A stretch of 38,862 bases of DNA from an uncultured Lachnospiraceae bacterium. Its GTDB lineage: Bacteria; Bacillota; Clostridia; Christensenellales; UBA1242. Below, piece after piece: positions 8,856 through 17,162 of the stretch; within the stretch, counting starts at the first letter, position 1; each line of letters starts with the position of its first letter. Under the pieces are notes generated by a model. That model was given only the letters and a program-made list of their open reading frames with translations. It was not told the DNA's origin and did not search any database. The stretch covers positions 1 through 38,862 of the forward strand of contig CAZYYI010000002.1 in assembly GCA_964651835.1 (NCBI GenBank), read 5' to 3'. Both the position numbers and the translations under genes were made by a program.

Positions 8856-9149
8856 TTAATTTTCGCTACTAGGATTTTCATTTGCAATATCTAACCCCAT
8901 AAGCACACCAAACCTAAAACCCTCAAAAAAATGGTTGTCGCTATCTTCACATTGTGCTTCCATTAATGCATCTATGTTTTTGTTGTAAAGCTTTATAAGT
9001 TCTTCATCTCCATTTAATTTTTCTAAAAAATCTTCTTGAATTTTATTTGCAATATCAATAAGCCTAAAATATTCTTTACTTGTGGGCACATCTTCACATG
9101 TGCCTCTTTCCCTAAAATACATTTGCGCTATTGCTGATTTGTGTTTCAT
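8856..9149 (-). CDS. small helical hypothetical protein paired divergently with an XRE regulator
   Basis: 97-aa ORF with AGGAG SD 7 nt upstream. C-terminal FFEGFRFGVLMGLDI motif resembles small proteins that accompany XRE regulators on Firmicute mobile elements (from memory, unverified). Confidence 0.6.
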   Translation of the reverse strand: MKHKSAIAQMYFRERGTCEDVPTSKEYFRLIDIANKIQEDFLEKLNGDEELIKLYNKNIDALMEAQCEDSDNHFFEGFRFGVLMGLDIANENPSSEN

Positions 9150-9177
9150 ATATCATCTCCTAAATTATATTTTGCAT

Positions 9178-9244
9178 ATTATTGCATTTGTAATATTATT
9201 ATAATATTGCAATTGCAATAAATCAAGCAAAATTATTGCATTTG
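9178..9244. promoter_or_regulatory. divergent control region with candidate operators
   Basis: 13-nt direct repeat ATTATTGCATTTG at 9178-9190 and 9232-9244 (54 bp apart) flanks a perfect 14-bp palindrome ATTGCAATTGCAAT at 9206-9219. Confidence 0.55.
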
Positions 9245-9259
9245 AAATAAAATATAAAT

Positions 9260-9475
9260 ATGGAAAACATAAAATCAAAATTTAATGAAAGATTAAAAGA
9301 GTTACGCATCGAAAAAGGATTAACTCAAATAGAATTATCAAAAGCCACAGGATTAAGCCAAAGTGCAATAGCATTATGGGAATGTGGACAAAGATTGCCT
9401 AATGTAGAAGTAATTATTACCATTGCAACTTATTTTGGCGTTACTTCCGATTATTTAATAGGTCTTGAAGATTAA
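9260..9475 (+). CDS. XRE-family helix-turn-helix transcriptional regulator
   Basis: RLKELRIEKGLTQIELSKATGLSQSAIALWECGQRLPNVEVIITIATYFGVTSDYLIG is a classic Cro/C1-type HTH. No SD precedes the ATG. Confidence 0.9.
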   Translation: MENIKSKFNERLKELRIEKGLTQIELSKATGLSQSAIALWECGQRLPNVEVIITIATYFGVTSDYLIGLED

Positions 9476-9491
9476 AAACGGCGTACTATTA

Positions 9492-9670
9492 TTAAACGGC
9501 GAAAATTGACTGAGTAATCTTACAACTGTTAAACGGCGAAAATTGGGTATATTGCGAGGCACTAAAAAAATCTCACGCATGAGCGTACAAAATAGTACGT
9601 GATTGTGTGAGATTTTTTTAAAGAACAAAGCAAGATGCCTAATTTTCGCCGTTTAATTTTCGCCGTTTAG
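9492..9670. repeat. nested inverted-repeat element built from TTAAACGGCGAAAATT units
   Basis: Direct copies of TTAAACGGCGAAAATTG at 9492-9508 and 9529-9545. Inverted copies AATTTTCGCCGTTTAA/G at 9641-9656 and 9655-9670. The last copies overlap the 3' end of the ABC gene. Confidence 0.85.
9564..9619. terminator. bidirectional intrinsic terminator at the centre of the repeat element
   Basis: AAAAAAATCTCAC (9564-9576) pairs with GTGAGATTTTTTT (9607-9619), with an inner CGTAC/GTACG stem. It sits between the convergent XRE and ABC genes. Confidence 0.7.
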
Positions 9671-11491
9671 ACCGTTGAGTGAGAATTGTGAGTTATATAA
9701 CTCCGCATAAAATCCGCCTTGCTTGATGAGTGCTTTATGATTGCCACTTTCAATAACATCACCATCTTTAAGTACCAAAATCAGATCTGCATTTTTGATA
9801 GTTGAAAGACGATGTGCAATAACAAAACTTGTTCTGCCAGTGGTTAGTTTATCCATTGCTGACTGGATGAGTTCCTCAGTACGAGTATCAACATTGCTGG
9901 TTGCCTCGTCCAAAATTAGCATTGGAGTATTTTGAAGCATCGCACGAGCAATTGTAAGCAACTGCTTTTGACCAACAGAAACATTGGTTTCATCTGAAAG
10001 CACTGTGTCATAACCATTTGGAAGAGTTTTTATAAAGTGGTCAAGCCCGCAAGCCACACATACCCTATCCAAATCTTCATCTGTTATACCTGATTTATTG
10101 TAAATTAAGTTTTCACGAATTGTACCTTCAAACAGCCAAGTATCTTGAAGCACCATTGAAAAGATATTACGAAGCTGGCTTGCTTTCATATCTTTTATTG
10201 ATACGCCATCAATCAAGATGTCACCAGAGTTCACCTCATAAAATCGCATTAAAAGGTTAACTATTGTTGTTTTACCAGCACCAGTTGGTCCAACTATTGC
10301 AACCTTTTGACCAGGTTTGATATTTGCAGAAAAGTCATGGATAATCTCTCTGCCCTCATCATAACCAAATTTTACATTTTTGATAGTAACTTCACCAGTG
10401 ATTGTTTCTGGCAGTTCAACATTTTTATGTGATTCATCAGCAAGTTCATCTTGTTCCAAAAAGTTAAATACCCTTTCACTAGCAGCGGCTGCTGTTTGAA
10501 TATTAGTCATTGCCTGTGCAATTTGTGAAAGTGGGTTTGTGAAATATCGAATATAAATCATAAATGACACAATAACACCAAAACTGATAGTGCCGTTTTT
10601 TGCAAGCACAGCACCAAGCACGCACACAACAACATAGCCAAAGTTGCCAATAAAGCTCATAAGCGGTTGCATTATACCTGATATAAATTGTGATTTCCAC
10701 GATGCTTTGTAAAGCTTGTCGTTAACTTTGTCAAATTTTTCAGAAGTTTCTTCCAAAGCATTATAAGTTTTGACAATTGTTTGACCTGAATAAACTTCTT
10801 CAACAACGCCGTCTAATTCACCAAGTCTGTTTTGTTGCTGAATGAAATATTTTTGAGATTTTGATACAATTAAAAACATTAAAACAAAGCCAAGTATTGT
10901 TGAGCCGATTGCAGCAAGTGCCATTATCCAGTTTGTAACAAACATCATAATGAGCGAACCAATAAACAACACGATTGCACCAACAAGACCAGAAACACTT
11001 TGATGCAAAGTTTGACCAATGGTATCAATATCATTAGTCATAACAGAAAGCACATCACCATAAGGTGTTTTATCTAAACTTGAAAGTGGAATTTTGTTGA
11101 TTTTATTTGAAAGCTCGCCTCTGAGATTTTGGCTCATTTTAAAACAAACTTTGCCCATCAACACATTAGCAATATAGGTGCTTGCAAAGCCCATAACATA
11201 TAGCACAATTAAAACGATACCAATGTTTATAATTTGGCTCATTTCGTAGCTCACGCCAAGCGATACTGGAATAAGTGAACCCTCTTCAAACACTGGAAGT
11301 GCTTGTTGGATAATATCCGTCATCCTTGAAAGTTGGCTTGGACCAACAAGCCTGAACACTGTGCTAGCAATAATTAAAATTAAAGAAATAATAATAAGTG
11401 GTAAAAATCCATGTAAATATCTAAAAAGTTTTCCTATGGATTTTTTCATATTTTTTGGTCTTTCACCAGCTCTTTGATTCATTCTAGGCAT
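9653..11491 (-). CDS. ABC exporter fused permease/ATPase, consensus-site subunit of a heterodimer (LmrD/BmrD/TM288-like)
   Basis: Walker A GPTGAGKTT, Walker B+Glu MLILDEATS, H-loop IAHRLS, deviant signature VSVGQ. AAGGAGG SD. Start overlaps the upstream stop by 8 nt. Confidence 0.9.
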   Translation of the reverse strand: MPRMNQRAGERPKNMKKSIGKLFRYLHGFLPLIIISLILIIASTVFRLVGPSQLSRMTDIIQQALPVFEEGSLIPVSLGVSYEMSQIINIGIVLIVLYVMGFASTYIANVLMGKVCFKMSQNLRGELSNKINKIPLSSLDKTPYGDVLSVMTNDIDTIGQTLHQSVSGLVGAIVLFIGSLIMMFVTNWIMALAAIGSTILGFVLMFLIVSKSQKYFIQQQNRLGELDGVVEEVYSGQTIVKTYNALEETSEKFDKVNDKLYKASWKSQFISGIMQPLMSFIGNFGYVVVCVLGAVLAKNGTISFGVIVSFMIYIRYFTNPLSQIAQAMTNIQTAAAASERVFNFLEQDELADESHKNVELPETITGEVTIKNVKFGYDEGREIIHDFSANIKPGQKVAIVGPTGAGKTTIVNLLMRFYEVNSGDILIDGVSIKDMKASQLRNIFSMVLQDTWLFEGTIRENLIYNKSGITDEDLDRVCVACGLDHFIKTLPNGYDTVLSDETNVSVGQKQLLTIARAMLQNTPMLILDEATSNVDTRTEELIQSAMDKLTTGRTSFVIAHRLSTIKNADLILVLKDGDVIESGNHKALIKQGGFYAELYNSQFSLNGLNGEN

Positions 11492-13241
11492 TTTTCAGTT
11501 CCTCCTTGCTAAGCTGTGAAAGTGCGATTTCTTTATAGACACTACAATTTTTCATAAGTTCGTCGTGTGTTCCCTCACCAACAACTCTGCCACTGTCAAG
11601 CACAATAATTTTATCGGCATTTTTGATTGTACCAATACGTTGTGCAACAATTAAACATGTAGTATCTTTCGACTTTTCCTGAAGCGCTGTTCTGAGCAAT
11701 TTGTCAGTTTTATAGTCAAGTGCAGAAAAGCTGTCATCAAAAATTAATATTTCAGGTTTTCTTGCAAGAGCCCTTGCAATTGCAAGCCTTTGCTTTTGTC
11801 CACCAGAAAAATTCTTTCCGCCTTGGTCAACAGGTGCATCTAATTTTTCTGGAAGCTTTTTAACAAATTTTGATTGTGCGATATCAAGTGCCAAGTCAAT
11901 GTCACTATCCGTTGGTTTATTGCCATCTACATTTCCAAAAGTTAAATTTTCTTTGATAGTACCAGAAAATAGAATTGCTTTTTGAGCAATGTAACCAATT
12001 TTGTTATTAAGGTCTGCAATCTTGTAATCTTTTACATTGACACCGTCAACAATAACTTGACCCTCGGTTGCATCATACAGCCTTGGCACAAGATTGATAA
12101 GGGTACTTTTGCCACTGCCAGTTGAACCGATAAATGCAATAGTTTGACCTTTTTCAGCTTTAAAACTTACATCATGAAGCACATACTCTTCAGCATCTGG
12201 ATATTTGAAGCCAACATTGACAAATTGAACTTCACCAGTTTTGATTGGTAAATCTTTACCCTCGCCAGAAATTATTGATGGTTTTGTTTCAAGCACTTCA
12301 TTAATACGCTTTGCAGAAACCTCTGCTCTTGGAAGCATAATAAATATCATAACTAGAAATAGAAAACTCATTACAACTTGAATTGCATATGAACTGAATA
12401 CTACCATATCACTGAACAAAAATAATTTGTCAATTATGCCAGCATTACTAATTAAATATGCGCCAATCATATAGATTGCAAGTGGAAGTCCACTCATTAT
12501 CAAATTGATAACGGGGTCAATAAGAGCCATAAATTTGTTTGTAAAAAGATGATTTTTTGTGATATCTGTATTCACCTTTTCAAATTTATTCTCTTGGTAA
12601 TTTTCTGCATTATAAGCTCTAACTACTCTGACACCAGTAAGGTTTTCTCTGGTAACTTTGTTAAGATTATCAGTTAAATCTTGAATTTTTTTGAATTTTG
12701 GCATTGCAACCAAAATAATAACAACCATAACTACAAGCATAAACACAACAGCTATTGCAGTTGCAGCCGTCCATTGCCAACCCTTGCCTACGATTTTGCA
12801 AATTGCCCAAACTGCCATAATTGGTGCTTTGATTAAAAGTTGAAGTCCCATTGCAACAATCATTTGAACTTGGCTAACATCATTGGTTGTTCTTGTAATC
12901 AAACTTGCAGTTGAAAAGCGTTTGATTTCGGCATCTGAAAAGTTGATAACTTTATTAAACACAAGCGCACGAAGTCTTTTTGCAAGCCTTGAAGCAAGCC
13001 TTGCGGCAAAGTAACCAACAATAACAGATGTCACAACACTCGCAGCTGCACAGGCAAGCATAAATCCGCCATTTTTGAGAATTTCACTCATACTACTGCC
13101 TTCTGTTTCAACAAGCCTTGTTATTGTGCTCATATATTCTGGAACTTTAAGTTCAAGCCAGACTTGAAGCACTATAAAGCCTACTGAAAGAAGTGCAATC
13201 AACCATTCCTTCTTTTTTAAATACTTTAAAAGCTTTAACAT
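11484..13241 (-). CDS. ABC exporter fused permease/ATPase, degenerate-site subunit of a heterodimer (LmrC/BmrC/TM287-like)
   Basis: Walker A GSTGSGKST, canonical signature FSGGQ, Walker B followed by Asp not Glu (ILIFDDSFS), Gln in place of the H-loop His (VAQRIG). Start set to ATG 13241 (MLKLLKYL, AAAGGAG SD) instead of track 13277. Confidence 0.9.
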   Translation of the reverse strand: MLKLLKYLKKKEWLIALLSVGFIVLQVWLELKVPEYMSTITRLVETEGSSMSEILKNGGFMLACAAASVVTSVIVGYFAARLASRLAKRLRALVFNKVINFSDAEIKRFSTASLITRTTNDVSQVQMIVAMGLQLLIKAPIMAVWAICKIVGKGWQWTAATAIAVVFMLVVMVVIILVAMPKFKKIQDLTDNLNKVTRENLTGVRVVRAYNAENYQENKFEKVNTDITKNHLFTNKFMALIDPVINLIMSGLPLAIYMIGAYLISNAGIIDKLFLFSDMVVFSSYAIQVVMSFLFLVMIFIMLPRAEVSAKRINEVLETKPSIISGEGKDLPIKTGEVQFVNVGFKYPDAEEYVLHDVSFKAEKGQTIAFIGSTGSGKSTLINLVPRLYDATEGQVIVDGVNVKDYKIADLNNKIGYIAQKAILFSGTIKENLTFGNVDGNKPTDSDIDLALDIAQSKFVKKLPEKLDAPVDQGGKNFSGGQKQRLAIARALARKPEILIFDDSFSALDYKTDKLLRTALQEKSKDTTCLIVAQRIGTIKNADKIIVLDSGRVVGEGTHDELMKNCSVYKEIALSQLSKEELKNA

Positions 13242-13388
13242 AAATACTCCTTTACATAATATAACATTATAATTCAAAATTTTTATTTATGCAAATTATA
13301 TCGAAAAATAATGCAAATTTTTTATTATTTATTTTATTATATTTATAATATATGATATAATTAGCGCAAGGAATACAAAGGAAAAATT

Positions 13389-14411
13389 ATGGATTTAAGA
13401 CAAACTGTAACAAATGATAAAGTTGCGTCTACAACCAGAAAGCGTGATGAGATTAGAGCATCTGGCTATGTTAGAAGCGATAATTTTATAAAAGCAACTA
13501 AAAACTTAAAGGCAATAACTAGGTTAAAGTCAGCTGAAGAAAAATCAAGTGTTGAGCAATCTAAAACTGCAAGTTTAAAGAAACTGAAAGCAGATAGCAA
13601 TGTTCATAAAAATCACAGAAGCAGACTTAAAGCCCAGTGTATTAAAAGTGGTATTGAAACACTTAGTGATGTTCAAATGATTGAGCTTTTGCTGTTTTAT
13701 GGTATACCACAAAAAGATACCAACCCAATTGCACACGAACTTTTGAATAAATTTGGAAATATCAAAAATATACTTAATGCAAAAATGTCGGATCTTAAAA
13801 AAGTTAATGGCATCAAAGATAACACAGCTCTGCTTATTCATATAATAAACGGATTTATGCATTACACTAATTTACCAGAAGAAAAAGAAGTTTTAGATAC
13901 AACAGACAAAACCAAAACATTTTGCAAGAGGCTTTTTGTTGGTGTCAATGTTGAACAATTTTATGTTATTTGTTTAGGCAAAGATAATAAAGTTATTAAA
14001 TATAAATGTATAAATACTGGTTCAGCAGATGAAGTGCCAATACAAATCAGAAACATTACTGAATTTGCTATTGAACAGCATTGCAATCAAATAATAATCA
14101 GTCATAATCACCCTATTGGCCTTGGCGAAATGTCAGATGAAGATATTGCTTTTACCTACAAAGTTATGTGCAGTTGTTTGCTTAATGACATAACTATTGT
14201 TGACCACATAGTTGTTGGCACAGATTTTACAAGATCGATGAAAGATGACGGCATCATTAATGCTCTTGAAAACCGTGCTTTTGAAACCATTAAACTTCCA
14301 TTAAGCACAAAAACTTTAGTTTCTGAAAACGCTGCAAAATACAAGGCTTCTAACCCAAGCAAGTTTAATAGTAAATCCTATAATGAAATATTAAATAACT
14401 ATGATTATTAA
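13389..14411 (+). CDS. radC: RadC-like JAB/MPN domain protein with a Lys-rich N-terminal extension of about 75 aa
   Basis: HRSRLKAQCIKSGIETLSDVQMIELLLFYGIPQKDTNPIAHELLNKFG (HhH part) and the JAMM-like ISHNHPIGLGEMSDEDI motif. Confidence 0.8.
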   Translation: MDLRQTVTNDKVASTTRKRDEIRASGYVRSDNFIKATKNLKAITRLKSAEEKSSVEQSKTASLKKLKADSNVHKNHRSRLKAQCIKSGIETLSDVQMIELLLFYGIPQKDTNPIAHELLNKFGNIKNILNAKMSDLKKVNGIKDNTALLIHIINGFMHYTNLPEEKEVLDTTDKTKTFCKRLFVGVNVEQFYVICLGKDNKVIKYKCINTGSADEVPIQIRNITEFAIEQHCNQIIISHNHPIGLGEMSDEDIAFTYKVMCSCLLNDITIVDHIVVGTDFTRSMKDDGIINALENRAFETIKLPLSTKTLVSENAAKYKASNPSKFNSKSYNEILNNYDY

Positions 14412-14437
14412 TAAATTGAATAGCCAAATTTAAAATT

Positions 14438-14465
14438 AAATGCAAAGTTTTTTGCATTTTTTTTA
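14438..14465 (+). terminator. intrinsic terminator after radC-like gene
   Basis: AAATGCAAA-GTTT-TTTGCATTT followed by a T-run. Confidence 0.6.
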
Positions 14466-14505
14466 TGGCTTAAACATATTTGTTTAATACATAGGAGTGC
14501 AAAAA

Positions 14506-17124
14506 TTGGCTTATTATAATAAAGATTACAGAGATGTACTATCAGAATTTAAAAGTAGCAAAAATGGCATAAGTTCAACTAGCTGCGAAACAAGAACCCA
14601 AACTTATGGTATAAATGAACTAGACAAACAAAAAAAGAATGGCTTTTTTAAAAGGCTACTTTTACAATTCAAAAATATAATGATTATAATTTTGTTGCTT
14701 TCAGCAATAATTTCAGAGGCAAGCGCCATTTTGGAACAAAATTATGAAAATGTTTTTGAAGGATTACTTATTTTTGCTATCGTGCTTATAAACGCAATTG
14801 TTGGTGTTATTCAAGAGCAAAAAGCAGAAAATGCGCTTGCAGCACTCGCAAAATCAACCGAACCTTTTGCCAAAGTTATTAGAGACGGTCAGCTTGTTAA
14901 AGTTAAAGTACACGAAGTTGTTGTTGGTGATATTGTTGTGCTTAAAGCTGGTGACTCTGTGCCAGCAGACTTACGACTTATTGAAACAAACTCCCTCAAA
15001 GTTAATGAAAGTTCACTTACTGGTGAAAGCCAATCTGTATCAAAATCAGCAAGCACAATTTCAAAAAATAATGTGCCACTTGCCGAGCAAGAAAATATGT
15101 GCTTTTCAGGCACAACAATAACTTCTGGCTCAGCAAAAGGTGTGGTAGTTGCAGTTGGTAAAGCTACAGAACTTGGCAAAATTGCAAAGGTGCTCAGCAC
15201 CTCAATCAAAGAAAAAACACCTCTTGAAAAGAATATTGACAAAATTGGCAAAGTCATCACTTTTGGTGTGCTTGGCATAACCTTTGTTGTATTTTTAGTT
15301 CAAATATTTATTGCTAAAAATGTAAGCGTGCTTCAAGCATTGCTTACCGCTGTTGCCCTAGCCGTTGCGGCAATACCTGAAAGTTTGCCAGCAGTAATAA
15401 CCATTATTATGGCGCTTGGTGTTCAAAGGCTTGCTAGAAAAAATGCCATCATTAAAAAACTTAGTGCAGTTGAAACCCTTGGCTGTTGCAATGTAATTTG
15501 TAGTGACAAAACTGGAACTCTCACCAAAAATGAAATGACTGTAAAACATATTTACTTTGGCGACAAAGTCTATAAAGACAATGAAGTAAATGCAAATATA
15601 GTTAAACCAATTCTTGATGCAGGAGCAATTTGCAACACAGCAAATATTGATGACTCTGGCAAAATAATAGCCGATGCAACAGAAACCGCTATTATAAAAT
15701 TTTTGAGTGATTTAAATATTGATACTAAAGCTATTAAATCAGAGAACAAACTTATTAGGCTTGATGAATTTAACTCAACCAAAAAGACAATGGGCACTGT
15801 TACAAGCAACGATGGCAAGTTAACATATTATGAAAAAGGTGCTATTGACTATATAACAAAAAGATGTACACATATTTTGATTGATGGTCAAGTTAAGCCA
15901 ATGACAGAGGCTATGATTCATAAAATTATGCAAGCAAATGAAACTGTTTGCAGTAGTGGCGAACGTGTTATTGCTTTTGCCACAGGTTTTGAAAACTCAG
16001 TTAATGATAATAATGGATTAATTTTTATTGGATTTTTAGGAATAATTGACCCACCAAGACCTGAGGCTTTAAAGGCAATAAAAAAGTGTAAAAAAGCCGG
16101 GCTTAAAACCGTTATGATTACTGGTGACTACCCTACCACAGCTTTTGCTATAGCAAAGAGTTTAGGTATCACAGATAATAAAAAAGAAGTTATGACTGGC
16201 GGTGAGCTAGACAAACTTAAAGAAAATGAACTTACAAAAATTATTGACAAATACTCAGTTTTTGCAAGAGTAACACCTGACCATAAACTTAGAATTGTAA
16301 AAGCACTTAAAAAACGTGGAAACATTGTCGCTATGACTGGTGACGGCGTTAACGACGCACCAAGCATAAAGTCAGCAAACATTGGTGCTTGTATGGGCAT
16401 AACCGGCACTGATGTAACTAAAGAAGTTTCTGATATGATTGTTGCAGATGACAACTTTGCAACCATTGCCGTTGCAATTGAAGAAGGTAGAACAATCTAT
16501 CAAAACATTGCCAAAACCATACTATTTTTACTTTCAACAAACATAGTTGAAGTTTTGGGCATATTTGTAACAAGCCTTGTTGTGCCAGATGCAGTATTTT
16601 TGCTACCAGCACAGATACTGTTTATAAATTTGGTAACAGACAGCTTGCCAGCCTTTGCACTTGGAATTGAAGCTCCAGAAAAAAATATTATGGACCAGCC
16701 ACCTCGTGATTCATCTAAATCTCTACTTTCTGGCGTGATTGGAACATCTATTATCTATCAAGGCTTTATTCAATCACTTATGGTACTTGTAATGTTTGTT
16801 TGTGCTAAAAACTTTTTCGGAAACGAAATCGCTAGCACTATGTCATTTATGACCATCTGTTTGATGCAAATTATTCACGCAATTAACTGCAAGAGTGAAA
16901 AAAGTATATTTAAAATTAATATCTTTAAAAACCATTTCTTCAACTTTAGTTTCTTGCTACTTCTTGCAATGATACTTGCGGTTTACTTTGTGCCAGCACT
17001 AGCTAGTATGTTTGGCTTGGTTGCACTTAATGGAACACAGTGGCTTATTGTTTCACTGAGCAGTTTATCAATTATTCCACTTGTTGAAATTGGCAAACTT
17101 TTTATAAAAGAAAAGAAAGCCTAA
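14506..17124 (+). CDS. Ca2+-transporting P-type ATPase (type IIA, SERCA/YloB-like)
   Basis: CSDKTGTLT phosphorylation site, TGDGVNDAPS hinge, IPESLPAVITI (M4 Ca site-like). The track start GTG 14497 overlaps the AGGAG SD, so TTG 14506 (8-nt spacing) is preferred. Confidence 0.85.
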   Translation: MAYYNKDYRDVLSEFKSSKNGISSTSCETRTQTYGINELDKQKKNGFFKRLLLQFKNIMIIILLLSAIISEASAILEQNYENVFEGLLIFAIVLINAIVGVIQEQKAENALAALAKSTEPFAKVIRDGQLVKVKVHEVVVGDIVVLKAGDSVPADLRLIETNSLKVNESSLTGESQSVSKSASTISKNNVPLAEQENMCFSGTTITSGSAKGVVVAVGKATELGKIAKVLSTSIKEKTPLEKNIDKIGKVITFGVLGITFVVFLVQIFIAKNVSVLQALLTAVALAVAAIPESLPAVITIIMALGVQRLARKNAIIKKLSAVETLGCCNVICSDKTGTLTKNEMTVKHIYFGDKVYKDNEVNANIVKPILDAGAICNTANIDDSGKIIADATETAIIKFLSDLNIDTKAIKSENKLIRLDEFNSTKKTMGTVTSNDGKLTYYEKGAIDYITKRCTHILIDGQVKPMTEAMIHKIMQANETVCSSGERVIAFATGFENSVNDNNGLIFIGFLGIIDPPRPEALKAIKKCKKAGLKTVMITGDYPTTAFAIAKSLGITDNKKEVMTGGELDKLKENELTKIIDKYSVFARVTPDHKLRIVKALKKRGNIVAMTGDGVNDAPSIKSANIGACMGITGTDVTKEVSDMIVADDNFATIAVAIEEGRTIYQNIAKTILFLLSTNIVEVLGIFVTSLVVPDAVFLLPAQILFINLVTDSLPAFALGIEAPEKNIMDQPPRDSSKSLLSGVIGTSIIYQGFIQSLMVLVMFVCAKNFFGNEIASTMSFMTICLMQIIHAINCKSEKSIFKINIFKNHFFNFSFLLLLAMILAVYFVPALASMFGLVALNGTQWLIVSLSSLSIIPLVEIGKLFIKEKKA

Positions 17125-17125
17125 T

Positions 17126-17161
17126 AAAAAAAAACCACTTAATTTATTTTAAGTGGTTTTT
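17126..17161. terminator. bidirectional intrinsic terminator
   Basis: AAAAACCACTTAA-TTTATT-TTAAGTGGTTTTT between convergent genes. Confidence 0.7.
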
Positions 17162-17162
17162 A

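Noticed and set aside
9492-9670. Possible CRISPR-like array, because of the repeated 16-17-mers.
   Set aside because: There are only two direct copies plus two inverted, overlapping copies. The repeats are too short, there is no regular repeat-spacer periodicity, and no cas genes are present.
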